In this document: piece by piece, positions 18,179 to 28,367 of the stretch
Numbering within the stretch: the stretch's first letter is position 1
How the letters are laid out: every line of letters starts with the position of its first letter
Virus record (IMG/VR): IMGVR_UViG_3300018424_003600
Location: 1-64,000 of that record
Reading direction: 5' to 3' (one strand)
DNA: 64,000 nucleotides
DNA from: a virus
Program-made: the position numbers and the translations under genes
Notes under the pieces: generated by a model
Databases searched by the model: none
What the model was told of the DNA's origin: nothing
What the model saw: only the letters and a program-made list of their open reading frames with translations

Positions 18179-19133
18179 CATTTGTTTCTGGTTGACAATC
18201 ACACACTCCTTGTTTCCTGCAAATAGTAGGTATTATTGTTGGAGCAAACTTGTTAATAAAATCTTCATCATAAATGTTATAGCATGTATCTAAATTATAA
18301 ATTGGTTGTCCACAGCCTCCTCTAATATCACCAGTTTTATCAATAAAGAAAGTATCTATTCCAATATTACATTCCCAACCTGTAAAAATATTTTTATTGT
18401 TTAGCGATAGCCAGTTACGTGGAACTTCTTGTTCTGTTTTATCAGAAAAAATTACTGTAGGATTATTTCTAGGTAACTTCTCAGCACCGAGCCAATATTC
18501 TTTGTTAGGCCAACGCTTTAAAGAATTGCTAAGATAGTCTTTTTGTTCTTGTGTATATTTTTGTTTATCATTGTGTACTTCAAGTGCAGTAATTGGCCAT
18601 TCATATTTGCTTTTCTTAAGTGCTTCAACTATAGAAACGCATTTGTCCCAAACAGTTGGATCCATTAATACCATTCCATTCACAGTTTTATTTTTAGTGT
18701 ATAAAATATCACCAACTTCTGCAATGTGTGCAGGATCAACTCTTTCGTGATGACAACTTAACATAGTATGGTCAACATAATCGCCATACTCGTTCCACCA
18801 TCGTATAGTTCTACTTCCATTAGAACTCATACTAATAACACACTTATGTTCTTCGCTAAAATATTTTACAAAAGTGCCAAACTCTCTCCATAATGTAGGT
18901 TCACCGCCGATTATATGTAGATGTATTTCACGTTTATTTCCATTACTTTTATAATAATCAATAATATGACTAAGATTATCTTTTATTCTTTCAAACTTAG
19001 GCCATGGTGTATCACCTTCGTGATATCCTGGAAAACAATACCAGCAATTATAGTTACAAATATTACTTAAAAATAATTCTATCCTTAAAATATCTTTAGG
19101 TATATTTGATTCTATTCTAATTATGTCTTTCAT
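18156..19133 (-). CDS. radical SAM enzyme with C-terminal twitch/SPASM-like domain
   Basis: 'CNYNCWYC', 'IGGEP', 'SSNG', C-terminal 'CNIG...G.I.GGC...C....CDC'. Confidence 0.9.
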   Translation of the reverse strand: MKDIIRIESNIPKDILRIELFLSNICNYNCWYCFPGYHEGDTPWPKFERIKDNLSHIIDYYKSNGNKREIHLHIIGGEPTLWREFGTFVKYFSEEHKCVISMSSNGSRTIRWWNEYGDYVDHTMLSCHHERVDPAHIAEVGDILYTKNKTVNGMVLMDPTVWDKCVSIVEALKKSKYEWPITALEVHNDKQKYTQEQKDYLSNSLKRWPNKEYWLGAEKLPRNNPTVIFSDKTEQEVPRNWLSLNNKNIFTGWECNIGIDTFFIDKTGDIRGGCGQPIYNLDTCYNIYDEDFINKFAPTIIPTICRKQGVCDCQPETNARKQRLL

Positions 19134-20509
19134 AGCAAATGCTCTAACTCTGGAAAAATACTTGAAGCTGATAAACCTCGTATATTGTCTAGTTTGTTTA
19201 CATATTCTTTAAAACCTGATAACAACCGGCTGTTGTCATATTTGTGCATATAATTTAAAATGCCTTCCCACTGATTCCAACCTTTTGGATTTTTAACCCA
19301 AAAATCATCATCTTGAGTATAATTGTCCCACAACCATTGTTTTAGTTCATCAAATTTTTGTTGTACTTCTTGTTTATCCTTTTCTGGAAGTATTGAAATA
19401 TTAAGAAATGTTGGAATATGTACTAGGTGTGCATTAACTAGTCCGCCGCCCATTACGTGTCCGTCAATAGTTCCTATATTCATTTTTTTAAAATTACTGT
19501 TTACTTTCCATTTTATAAAATCAGGTATATGTTTTATATTAAAAATTTGTATAGCTGTTGCTATGCTAACATGAATATTATCAGGCGTATTATCAAGTAA
19601 GTGCAGTGTGCGTTCTACATCTTTAAAACTTGTTGGATATCTTATATACTCGTCTCTTTCAAAACAAGCATCTATACTTACAGCAAATTTTACCTTTTTG
19701 AATTTACTCCAAATATTAATTAATTCTTCATCAACAAGTATACCATTTGAGTTATATCGAAGTAATATGTTTTGCGCATAGCCTTGACGTATGATTTCTT
19801 CTAAAAAAGTTTTATGTTCTTTAATCATTAACGGTTCGCCGCCTGCAAAGTACACTTGCTTTAGATTAGGTATTTGTTCATACAACTCGTCCCAAAATTT
19901 TCCTTCTTCATACCATTTGTTGTTAAACCCCTTTTTGTCCCAAGTCATTTGATTTTTAACTTCGGGGTCTTGGAGCACTGGTATAAGTTTTTTCCAATCA
20001 CCTACCCATTTGCTACTATCATGAGGTGAACACATTACACACTTAATATTACAAGTATGTCCTAAGCGTAAATCTAAATATTGTAAACGACTAGGAACAG
20101 TACCATCTTCTTCTGTTTGTTGTATTAATTCTTCAACATCTAAACCTTCATCTTGTATCCAAAAGCCTGTTTCCCAAATACGTTTACTTACAATTCCTTG
20201 ATCTTCTTCTTTAAAACATCCTGTACAACTTGCTGGTATATTACCTTCTAGCATAGTTTTACGAACACTACACATATACTTGTTATTAAATGCTTCTAAC
20301 GGAGCAGTGTGTGCAAAGTTAGCAGGTTCTCCGTCCTCATTTTTAACCAATCCAATTTTATGATCAAAACCTGCTCCACTAGCATTTGATGTACAACACA
20401 ATCTCATATCGCCGTTAGGGCGAGTGGCTAAATGTATCCACGGCAAAATACAAAATGTTGGTGAGCCTGTTATATCTTCAAGCTGTTTTTTATATTTTTC
20501 TATTGCCAT
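19130..20509 (-). CDS. radical SAM enzyme with N-terminal twitch/SPASM-like domain
   Basis: 'CNIKCVMC', 'FAGGEP', 'YNSNG', 'SIDA...YIRYP'; N-terminal 'CILPW...NG..RLCC...CTGC'. Confidence 0.9.
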   Translation of the reverse strand: MAIEKYKKQLEDITGSPTFCILPWIHLATRPNGDMRLCCTSNASGAGFDHKIGLVKNEDGEPANFAHTAPLEAFNNKYMCSVRKTMLEGNIPASCTGCFKEEDQGIVSKRIWETGFWIQDEGLDVEELIQQTEEDGTVPSRLQYLDLRLGHTCNIKCVMCSPHDSSKWVGDWKKLIPVLQDPEVKNQMTWDKKGFNNKWYEEGKFWDELYEQIPNLKQVYFAGGEPLMIKEHKTFLEEIIRQGYAQNILLRYNSNGILVDEELINIWSKFKKVKFAVSIDACFERDEYIRYPTSFKDVERTLHLLDNTPDNIHVSIATAIQIFNIKHIPDFIKWKVNSNFKKMNIGTIDGHVMGGGLVNAHLVHIPTFLNISILPEKDKQEVQQKFDELKQWLWDNYTQDDDFWVKNPKGWNQWEGILNYMHKYDNSRLLSGFKEYVNKLDNIRGLSASSIFPELEHLL

Positions 20510-21111
20510 TAGCTGCTTCTTTTTCCAATTATCATGTATCTATTATACAAAGGCAAAGATAATGTATCTTTGTATATAGGATTTATTTTACTCATTCTTA
20601 CAAAATCATCAATATCAAACGCACATCTAATGTGTTCTTCAATATCAGTAAAATTATTACTTTGTAATACAATCAACGAATCTGCTGGTACTAAATCTAA
20701 CCATGCTTCATACTGTTCTTGCGTTAAATGTTCGCAACTTGTATTAATAATAATATCCGCACCATAGTAATATTTAGACATGTCAGCAGTAATAGCTTGA
20801 AACTTACCATCAATGTGATATCTTTTGTTTATAGTATTTGCAACTTCTTCACATTCAGGGTCTATATCAATACTACTGATTGTAGTGATAGGAATGTTAC
20901 TATTAAAAAGTAAACTAGCAAGTACACCATTCCAACCTGCACATATTTCAATAGAATTATCATCAAGTTCTATATGTTCTTGTAATTTTTCTATAAGCCA
21001 TATTTTTGAATTTATTTGACCTTTCCAAAAACTTTCTAAGGTACGGTATCTGTCTTCGCTGTTTCGAATTGCGTCCATCCAAAATAATATGTCCTGTATG
21101 TCAACTTTCAT
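20509..21111 (-). CDS. class I SAM-dependent methyltransferase-like protein
   Basis: 'EICAGWNG' motif I variant, 'SIDID', 'ADM', 'IINTSCEH'. Confidence 0.65.
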   Translation of the reverse strand: MKVDIQDILFWMDAIRNSEDRYRTLESFWKGQINSKIWLIEKLQEHIELDDNSIEICAGWNGVLASLLFNSNIPITTISSIDIDPECEEVANTINKRYHIDGKFQAITADMSKYYYGADIIINTSCEHLTQEQYEAWLDLVPADSLIVLQSNNFTDIEEHIRCAFDIDDFVRMSKINPIYKDTLSLPLYNRYMIIGKRSS

Positions 21112-22108
21112 TTTTTACCTTTGGCAATTTTGAATCTGCACTACTAACACATGTTGGAGTAATACATTTACGCGGTTCTTTAAATATTTCAAATCCTTCA
21201 CTAAGTGTTCCAATTGGCTCATCATGGCAACTATAGCTACGTTTAACTTCATTTTCACGTATTACAATACCTTGATAGCCTGCATTACAAGTCCATCCTT
21301 GAAACTTATTAAATCCAAACGCATTAAATCTTTCTGCTTGATCTATATAATATGTATTTCCTTTACTGTCTAAGAGTTCAACTTGTAACAAAGGAATTAA
21401 CTTTTTGTATCTATCTGGGATTTGTTGTGGGAATCCTGTTTGCATTCTTCCAATTTGTTCAGTTGTGTATCCAGATACAACATAGGATGCAGTAGGATCG
21501 GACTGGGGTTTAAGTGTGACATTGATACCTCTATCGGCAAACCGCTCACAGCGTTCGTATAATTCGTCAAACATTTCTGGAACCATAACTTGATTGATTG
21601 TGACAAACGTTTCATCGTTCATTAACTGGAGGCACTTGTCTCCAAACTCCTGTTCTTTTGCAAACTCTGCGTGGTAACTTGCTGTTATACTCCTACGCTC
21701 TAGAGTTTTAGTATTGTCTAACCATTTACTCCACCATTTGCTTCCTGGCGAAAGATTTGTAGTCATGTGTATACTCTGATACCCGGGTGCTGTATCACTA
21801 CAGTAATGATCTATGATCTCCCCAAAGTATTTATAGGCTGTTGGTTCACCACCGCTAAAACTGAAGTGGAAATCTGTAAAACCATTTGCACGAGCCTGTG
21901 CTTTGATGCTGTCAAGGGTGTTTAAGTAAATTTTTAAATCTTGGTGGTCTGGGGTACTAGATCTAGCGTATGGCCAGCAATATGAGCAGTTATAATTACA
22001 AAATCTAGCCAGAATCCACGAAACTGTAAAAAGATGGCTCTTTAGGAGGGTTTTCTGCCCAAACTCTGTAATATTATCCCACGGTATGTCTTGAAAATTA
22101 TTGTTCAT
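21101..22108 (-). CDS. radical SAM enzyme with C-terminal twitch/SPASM-like domain
   Basis: 'CNYNCSYC', 'FSGGEP', 'MTTN', C-terminal 'CNAG...SC...C...CVSSAD'; ATG 22108 overlaps the upstream stop. Confidence 0.9.
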   Translation of the reverse strand: MNNNFQDIPWDNITEFGQKTLLKSHLFTVSWILARFCNYNCSYCWPYARSSTPDHQDLKIYLNTLDSIKAQARANGFTDFHFSFSGGEPTAYKYFGEIIDHYCSDTAPGYQSIHMTTNLSPGSKWWSKWLDNTKTLERRSITASYHAEFAKEQEFGDKCLQLMNDETFVTINQVMVPEMFDELYERCERFADRGINVTLKPQSDPTASYVVSGYTTEQIGRMQTGFPQQIPDRYKKLIPLLQVELLDSKGNTYYIDQAERFNAFGFNKFQGWTCNAGYQGIVIRENEVKRSYSCHDEPIGTLSEGFEIFKEPRKCITPTCVSSADSKLPKVKNES

Positions 22109-23151
22109 TTTCTTTGATCGTATACACTTTTTGAACACGACTTAACACAAGTCATGCACTTATTTTTTCCTTGCCAGTACTCTGGTAATAACTTAAATAA
22201 TATTTTATCAGTATGCAAAACACCGTCTTGACAATTTGGTAAACCAACTCGTTGTATTATTTCCTTTGTATTGTCTACTGCTAAATTACGCAAAGTATGT
22301 ATTGGTAATTTTTCTTCAATATGGTTTTCTAGATAATCACTTCCTAACCAACAACACGGAAAAATATTTCCGTAAGGATCTATATAAACACTTTGGTCTG
22401 TCTGACATAACGGGTTAATTGTTGCATTAGATAAAACGTTTTCTCTAATATTTTTATCAACTAGTTTATCTAACTCTAAATTAGGAGTTTTTTTAAATTT
22501 TGAACGCTGTGCAGGTTCTAAATAATATATTACTTCACCATTATCGTTGTGTACTTCAAATTTATCTATATTATAAAATCTCGAAGTACTAATAAAATTA
22601 ATTTTTTCAACACCTAAATTTAATATATATTTTTCAAGTTCTTCTACGTCATGTTCGTTATGTGCAAACACAAGACTATCTACTCTTGCTTTTCCTCCTG
22701 CATCAACAAATGCACGTAAATTTTCAATTACTTTATCAAACTTTGTATTTTTACGATATAGTTCATGCTTACCCTTAAAGCCGTCTACAGCAAATATAAC
22801 TTCGACATTTTGTTTTGCAAGTTTGCGCCACCATTCTGTATTACGCATACCTCCGTTAGTATGTATTGCAAGTCTAGCAGTTGGATTGCACTCTCGAACA
22901 TAAGAATAAATTTCTAAACAATCTTTTGCAAATGCAGGATCACCGTAGTTGCCGCAACTGTAAAAATTATCTAGTTGTGCTAAAAAGTGTTTAGGAAACC
23001 ATTCTTTAAATTGTTCAATACTAATATCGCCATTACGTATAAAAGGACGAGTTTTGCCACCATTAAAATTTCTAGCACACATTGGACATTGTGCTTGACA
23101 CTTATCTGTTAGTTCAATGTGAACTTGTTTTATCTTATATACTGGCTGCAT
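22105..23151 (-). CDS. radical SAM enzyme with C-terminal twitch/SPASM domain
   Basis: 'CQAQCPMC', 'GNYGDP', 'HTNG', 'FAVDG...YR', C-terminal 'C......YID..G.IFPCC...CMTCVKSC'. Confidence 0.9.
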   Translation of the reverse strand: MQPVYKIKQVHIELTDKCQAQCPMCARNFNGGKTRPFIRNGDISIEQFKEWFPKHFLAQLDNFYSCGNYGDPAFAKDCLEIYSYVRECNPTARLAIHTNGGMRNTEWWRKLAKQNVEVIFAVDGFKGKHELYRKNTKFDKVIENLRAFVDAGGKARVDSLVFAHNEHDVEELEKYILNLGVEKINFISTSRFYNIDKFEVHNDNGEVIYYLEPAQRSKFKKTPNLELDKLVDKNIRENVLSNATINPLCQTDQSVYIDPYGNIFPCCWLGSDYLENHIEEKLPIHTLRNLAVDNTKEIIQRVGLPNCQDGVLHTDKILFKLLPEYWQGKNKCMTCVKSCSKSVYDQRK

Positions 23152-23818
23152 TAAATTGTTCCTCTAGCCAGTCAAAGTCATTTATAAGTTTTAACGCAGC
23201 ATCATTATTAGAATTTACTGTACCGTATTCTTTTCCAGCTAGTGCTCCGCTAATTGCCCATTTACCATTTTTACGTTCTTCGCCTACACTACACCAAATT
23301 TTTAATCTAGATTCTGTTTCTTCGCTTACTTGTCCTTCAATTACTTTTGACGACAATTTAACACATTCTCTAAATGCACTACGCCAAGAACTATAAGGGT
23401 CTGTATTAAAGGAGGTATAATTTGATATTTGTTCAACTACTTTAAACTTATCGCTTATACTAGTTGTCATATCAGTTTTACTAGTATCCATATTAATTGT
23501 TAATTTACGAGGTAATAACTTTACTCCGCCATAGCCGTAAATTAAATCGTTAACAGGATTTTGACTGCGCCATACGTGTACAGTATCTAAATCCCAGTCT
23601 GGAACTACATAATCAAAATTAAAGTTGTCTACAATGAGAGCATCAGCGTCTACTATCCAAACCATTTTTGTTAGGCATTTTTTAGCAGCAGCAATATGGG
23701 CTTGGTGTATTCCTTTTACTCCGTTAATACGTTTAGCAACAGGAAACCGTTTTTTTAGTTTTTCGTAATTTGTGTCTGCATAACGTTCATTATAACTTAT
23801 AAAGACTATATCGTACAT
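23135..23818 (-). CDS. putative glycosyltransferase (GT-A-like, DxD), paralog of 28368..29297
   Basis: 'YDIVFISYNE', 'GVKG...AH..AA', 'VDAD', 'YGYGGVK', 'WRSAFRE.VKL'. Confidence 0.6.
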   Translation of the reverse strand: MYDIVFISYNERYADTNYEKLKKRFPVAKRINGVKGIHQAHIAAAKKCLTKMVWIVDADALIVDNFNFDYVVPDWDLDTVHVWRSQNPVNDLIYGYGGVKLLPRKLTINMDTSKTDMTTSISDKFKVVEQISNYTSFNTDPYSSWRSAFRECVKLSSKVIEGQVSEETESRLKIWCSVGEERKNGKWAISGALAGKEYGTVNSNNDAALKLINDFDWLEEQFNAASI

Positions 23819-23820
23819 GT

Positions 23821-25047
23821 TTATGTTTTTCTAGTGTTGCCATAATGAACAACTTCTATACCTTCTAGTTTTGGCATAGTCCTCCAAGGATCAACAATTA
23901 CACTACCTGTTGTAGGAGTGAAGTACATTTCATCATCAGTAACACTAACTCCTGTGCCTGAATAAGTTACTTTAGCATTATGTGCCATTAATACTACAGC
24001 AGGTTCATCATCAACAGTTGTATCTCCTGTAAGAGGATCTGCATATGTTAATTTTACGCCTGCGGCTTCTACAAAGTGTCCGACTAATTCACTATAACTT
24101 CCTATAGTGTACGGTACGTAAGGCTTATATGCTCTGCCATGAATTACTACAGGCAGATTCTTTTCTTGTGCGATAGATATTAATTTTTCAGCCATGTTTT
24201 TTGCTTGCATATCTCTACTATGCATAATAGCATGGAATAAATCATAACCTAAATCTAGTTTTTCTGCTAGATATCTTAGTGCAATGTTGTCTCTAGGATG
24301 ACATGCACCTGCATCACCTAAACCAGCAGTTAAATAACGAGGACCTGTAATACGTTGTGTTGCTTTTTTAAGTGCATCTGTAACTACATCAACGTTTATA
24401 TTACCATTACGTTCAGCAACGTCTTGAATCATATTAACTAAACCAATTTTAGCACTAATAAATGTATTATAAAAAACTTTAATTGCTTCTGCTTCGTCCC
24501 ATGTTCCAATATTTACAATTGGATTGTTTTCCATTAGCGGCTGATAAAAATCTGTAAGTATTTTTGCATCGCCTGTTTCTGAACCATCATCCGTTCCAAT
24601 AATTAAACATTCAGGATTTACCATATCCCATTTGACTGATCCCATAGCAATTAAATAAGGATTATAGATAAATCTTGCATTTGTAATACAAGGACGTAAA
24701 TGTTCTCTAACTGTGCCTGGTAAAACTGTACTAATAAGAACAACCAATTGCTGTTGTGTTACATATTTGTTAATTTCAGTTAGAACATCTTGGACAATAC
24801 TGTAATCAAAATCTTTTGTAGGTAAGTTAGCAATAGGTTTACTTCCACCGTATTCTTCACTGTGCGGAGTTGGCACAGCTACAAAAATTAAATCTGCATT
24901 TTGAACTGCTTCTTCAACGGTATTTAATAACGGAATTTTTGCACTAGGATCCTTTACAACATCATATCCAACAACATTGTAATGATGACTCATAACCTCT
25001 GCACAAGGTAATCCTAATTTTCCGCATCCTATCATTGCTACGTTCAT
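23821..25047 (-). CDS. ugd: UDP-glucose/GDP-mannose 6-dehydrogenase family protein
   Basis: 'IGCGKLG', 'FVAVPTP', 'ISTVLPGT', 'K.FYN.FI..KI', catalytic Cys in 'GAC HPRD'. Confidence 0.88.
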   Translation of the reverse strand: MNVAMIGCGKLGLPCAEVMSHHYNVVGYDVVKDPSAKIPLLNTVEEAVQNADLIFVAVPTPHSEEYGGSKPIANLPTKDFDYSIVQDVLTEINKYVTQQQLVVLISTVLPGTVREHLRPCITNARFIYNPYLIAMGSVKWDMVNPECLIIGTDDGSETGDAKILTDFYQPLMENNPIVNIGTWDEAEAIKVFYNTFISAKIGLVNMIQDVAERNGNINVDVVTDALKKATQRITGPRYLTAGLGDAGACHPRDNIALRYLAEKLDLGYDLFHAIMHSRDMQAKNMAEKLISIAQEKNLPVVIHGRAYKPYVPYTIGSYSELVGHFVEAAGVKLTYADPLTGDTTVDDEPAVVLMAHNAKVTYSGTGVSVTDDEMYFTPTTGSVIVDPWRTMPKLEGIEVVHYGNTRKT

Positions 25048-25091
25048 ATTTTTTCCTCTTATATTTTTATAGTTATCTAAGTATTTTTAAT

Positions 25092-25832
25092 TTATTTTAG
25101 ATTGTGAAGAATTTGTTGTGTCCAAAGATCAATACCTTTCCTAGAAGGATGGTTATCTGTATCATATCCAAATACATCTCCTTGAAATTTGCGTTGTAAT
25201 CTTAGTTTTTGTCCAGAACCTGTGATTACTACACTATTATCTTGGCTGTACGTTGGTATTGATTTTTCGTAATCATAAGTTGCTGAAAAAATACTGCTCT
25301 TATAACTAGGATCTCTTAGTAGGTTATAAAACGACTCACACAAAACATTCAAATAAGGATATTGTTTTGTTAAACTTAAATCAATGTCGCTACATCCGCC
25401 AATTAAATTTATTTTAGTTTTATATGTTTTTCCGATTTCGTTTAAGTTATAGTAAAAAAGATCTATTAAAGTTTTATTAAATTCTTTATAATTGCCATTT
25501 TTAAATATGTGACTAAAATTAGCTGTATTATGATTTATCTTAGATATAACACTTCTCATTGGTTCTGTTTGTATTACTAATATACAAGTTTTAGGTTTTC
25601 TAAAAGATTTTACAGTGTAAGATTCTAATACACCTCTTAAGGATTCTAATATAAATTCATTACTTACGCCGCCTTGAGAAAAATTTTCAATTTCTGAAAA
25701 ATATTCTAATAGTTTTTCGCTGAAATAATTGTCGCCATTGTCGATAAAAGATCCGTCAGGCGTTGTCCAAGCGCCTCTACCCCAGCTGTCTCCAAAAATT
25801 AAAGCTCTGTGATACTTTGATGCTTTCCACAT
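25092..25832 (-). CDS. SGNH/GDSL-like protein
   Basis: 'IFGDSWG', 'N.SQGGVSN', C-terminal 'DNHP'. Confidence 0.6.
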   Translation of the reverse strand: MWKASKYHRALIFGDSWGRGAWTTPDGSFIDNGDNYFSEKLLEYFSEIENFSQGGVSNEFILESLRGVLESYTVKSFRKPKTCILVIQTEPMRSVISKINHNTANFSHIFKNGNYKEFNKTLIDLFYYNLNEIGKTYKTKINLIGGCSDIDLSLTKQYPYLNVLCESFYNLLRDPSYKSSIFSATYDYEKSIPTYSQDNSVVITGSGQKLRLQRKFQGDVFGYDTDNHPSRKGIDLWTQQILHNLK

Positions 25833-27106
25833 TATATTAACTCATAAATTTCTGGAAATTTAACAGGACGCATATTGTCTAAGGTTTTTAAATAATCAAG
25901 TGTTTGGTCTAACTTATCACTCCAGTCTTCACTATTCATAAAATCTATTAATCCGCTCCATTGTTGTACTTCGCTGTTGTCTGGATATTTTGCCATAAAG
26001 TTTCTTAACTTTTCTTCTACTCGTTTTTTTGATTCAGCAGATAAAACCTTTGTACAAAGATATTGAGGCCAATGTAGTGTAGCAGCGTGAAATAGTCCGT
26101 TACGTCTTGTTCTTTTTCCTATTTTTTTAAAGTTTTGCGACCAAAGCCATTCAGCAAATTCTGGTAGCCAATAGATGTTAAGTGCCTGAACAGTAGTGTT
26201 AATGTCTACAATAATGTCGCCGCCAGTAGTATTATCAAATGTTTTTAAATTCTTTACTACTTCATCCCACTTTGAAGGATATCTAATATAAGAATTTAAA
26301 TCTTCGTGCGCATCTAAACTTACCATAATGTGTGTTTTCTTAAAGTGAGTCCAAAGCTCTAACAATTCTTCGTCTACAACAGTGGCATTTGTATGATAAC
26401 GTATTTCTACATTTTTAGCATGATCAATTTCTACAAGATATTTTATTAAGTCTTTGTGTTGTTTAATTAGTAGAGGCTCTCCTCCTGCAAAAATAAGATC
26501 TCTAATATTATGTACATCTTTATAAAAGCTATCCCAAAACGCTTGGTTTCTATACCATTCGAACTGTTCAACAACAATATTACTTTTATGTTCCCAATCC
26601 CACTTAGCTTCACTAGTTAAATTTTTTGCAAGTATTTTAGAATGATTAAGCCATTTACTGCTATCATGTGGTCTACACATTATACACTGTAAATTACAAG
26701 TATTGCCTAATCTAAAATCAACACTAACAATGCCGCTATCTATAGAACCGTCTTCATTTGTTTCTGCAACAATTTGTCTTAGTTCATTTATTTTTATAGG
26801 GCTCCATTGATTTGCCCAAACATCGTTTTCGTTCTGTCTATGACTTCTGACTCCAGCAGCTTCTTCTTTATAACAACTATTACAGTACTTGACAGGTTCA
26901 TTGTTGAGCATCTTTTTGCGAACTTCTTTGTATTGCGGACTATTCCAAATTTCTTCCCAAGTCATATTATTAAGATTTAATTCGTGTATAGGAGAAGCAA
27001 CACAACATAGTTGCACTGCGCCGTTTGTTTGTGTTGCACAATGTATCCACGGCATTATACAAAATTTTTCTGTGGATTTTAATCTATCAAAAAGTGGTTT
27101 TGTCAT
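25832..27106 (-). CDS. radical SAM enzyme with N-terminal twitch/SPASM-like domain
   Basis: 'CNLQCIMC', 'FAGGEP', 'YHTNA', 'SLDA...YIRYP'; N-terminal 'CIMPW...NG..QLCC...CNSC'; close paralog of 19130..20509. Confidence 0.9.
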   Translation of the reverse strand: MTKPLFDRLKSTEKFCIMPWIHCATQTNGAVQLCCVASPIHELNLNNMTWEEIWNSPQYKEVRKKMLNNEPVKYCNSCYKEEAAGVRSHRQNENDVWANQWSPIKINELRQIVAETNEDGSIDSGIVSVDFRLGNTCNLQCIMCRPHDSSKWLNHSKILAKNLTSEAKWDWEHKSNIVVEQFEWYRNQAFWDSFYKDVHNIRDLIFAGGEPLLIKQHKDLIKYLVEIDHAKNVEIRYHTNATVVDEELLELWTHFKKTHIMVSLDAHEDLNSYIRYPSKWDEVVKNLKTFDNTTGGDIIVDINTTVQALNIYWLPEFAEWLWSQNFKKIGKRTRRNGLFHAATLHWPQYLCTKVLSAESKKRVEEKLRNFMAKYPDNSEVQQWSGLIDFMNSEDWSDKLDQTLDYLKTLDNMRPVKFPEIYELI

Positions 27107-27109
27107 TAT

Positions 27110-28366
27110 CTATTCCATAAGTGCATTCATTAAATCTTCTTTGAGATTTTTATATATTGTAACATCGTGTCTTTCTTTTAGCAATCTATAATTATGTTCA
27201 AATATAGGTTTCATTTCTATCATAAGTTTGTTTAATTCTTCATGAGTCCTGCTTATAAAAGTGTTTATACTAGTAATAGCCATTTTTAGTCTTGTTTTAT
27301 CGTCTAGTACATCGTCGTAGGATTCGTCTATATAGTCTCCAAATGTTTTATAGCCTAACTCTTTAAGTAATTTTACTGTTCCAGGGCGAGCAATTGCAAC
27401 AAAAGGTTGCATAAAAACAATAGGCTTAAACATTTTTTCACTTAAAAATAAAGTATCTTGTCCTTGAGCTTTGTTTTCAAAAAATGTTTCTGTTACAATA
27501 TACAAATAACTATCATAATATTTTCTTATTTTTCCCCATTCGTTTGATGCAGGATTTTGAACTTCAGGATTTATTCCATCATTGTATGTTAACGGAATTA
27601 ACGGCTTTACTTCGTTGATATATTTTTCTTTTAGATCTGGATAGTCTTGGTAAAAACAATCTTCAACCCAATCAGTATAATCTTTGCCGTATCCTGCAGA
27701 CTTAGCACAGGTTAAAATTCCTTGTTTTTTTACATCAAATAAACTCGTTACTGTTGCATATCTATGTATCGAAGGTCTTCTATTTAAACATATAAATTTA
27801 TGTGTTCGAGGACGCTCTACAGCATTCATAAATGTGTTATAGTGTGTATCTCCGTTATAGTTTCCGTATATTTGCCGTTCCCAAGTATTAAAAGTTACTG
27901 TTTTTACAGTAGGATGAGGATTATAATTTCCTGATAAAAAAACAACATGTTTTTCTTTTAGGTCATATTTAGATTTTAATATGTCTAAAAGACTATCCCA
28001 CCAAGTCCATGTCCATCCTTCAAATGGACAAAGAAGCAATATTTTACAATTACCTTTTTTAATTTGTTCAATAATTTCAGGTTCTATCTCAACTTGATCA
28101 AATACAGTTTCTATTGACCAAAGACTAAGTGGTATTGGATAATAAAATTTTGGTGCTTTTTTTGTAAACTTATTACGCTTGGGTATTTTAGAAATAGGTT
28201 TATAAACAAGTTCAAAATCATTACCAAACACTGCATAAAGATGTGTTGTGTCTACTAAATCCACTTGAGGATTAGCTGTATGCTTCCGGTATAACTTTTT
28301 AGTAAATCCGTTAACATAAGGAAGTTTATTTTTTCGAGGTTTTATGTCTACATAAATTGGAATCAT
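27110..28366 (-). CDS. putative glycosyltransferase (GT-B-like)
   Basis: 'FICLNRR...HR', 'IVTET.F', 'FLSEK.FKPI...QPF', 'LGYKTF..YIDESYD'. Confidence 0.5.
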   Translation of the reverse strand: MIPIYVDIKPRKNKLPYVNGFTKKLYRKHTANPQVDLVDTTHLYAVFGNDFELVYKPISKIPKRNKFTKKAPKFYYPIPLSLWSIETVFDQVEIEPEIIEQIKKGNCKILLLCPFEGWTWTWWDSLLDILKSKYDLKEKHVVFLSGNYNPHPTVKTVTFNTWERQIYGNYNGDTHYNTFMNAVERPRTHKFICLNRRPSIHRYATVTSLFDVKKQGILTCAKSAGYGKDYTDWVEDCFYQDYPDLKEKYINEVKPLIPLTYNDGINPEVQNPASNEWGKIRKYYDSYLYIVTETFFENKAQGQDTLFLSEKMFKPIVFMQPFVAIARPGTVKLLKELGYKTFGDYIDESYDDVLDDKTRLKMAITSINTFISRTHEELNKLMIEMKPIFEHNYRLLKERHDVTIYKNLKEDLMNALME

Positions 28367-28367
28367 A

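Noticed and set aside
16006-27106. RiPP cluster (SPASM peptide maturases)
   Set aside because: Genes abut with almost no intergenic room, and I found no plausible precursor peptide, RRE domain, peptidase or exporter; the context is sugar enzymes
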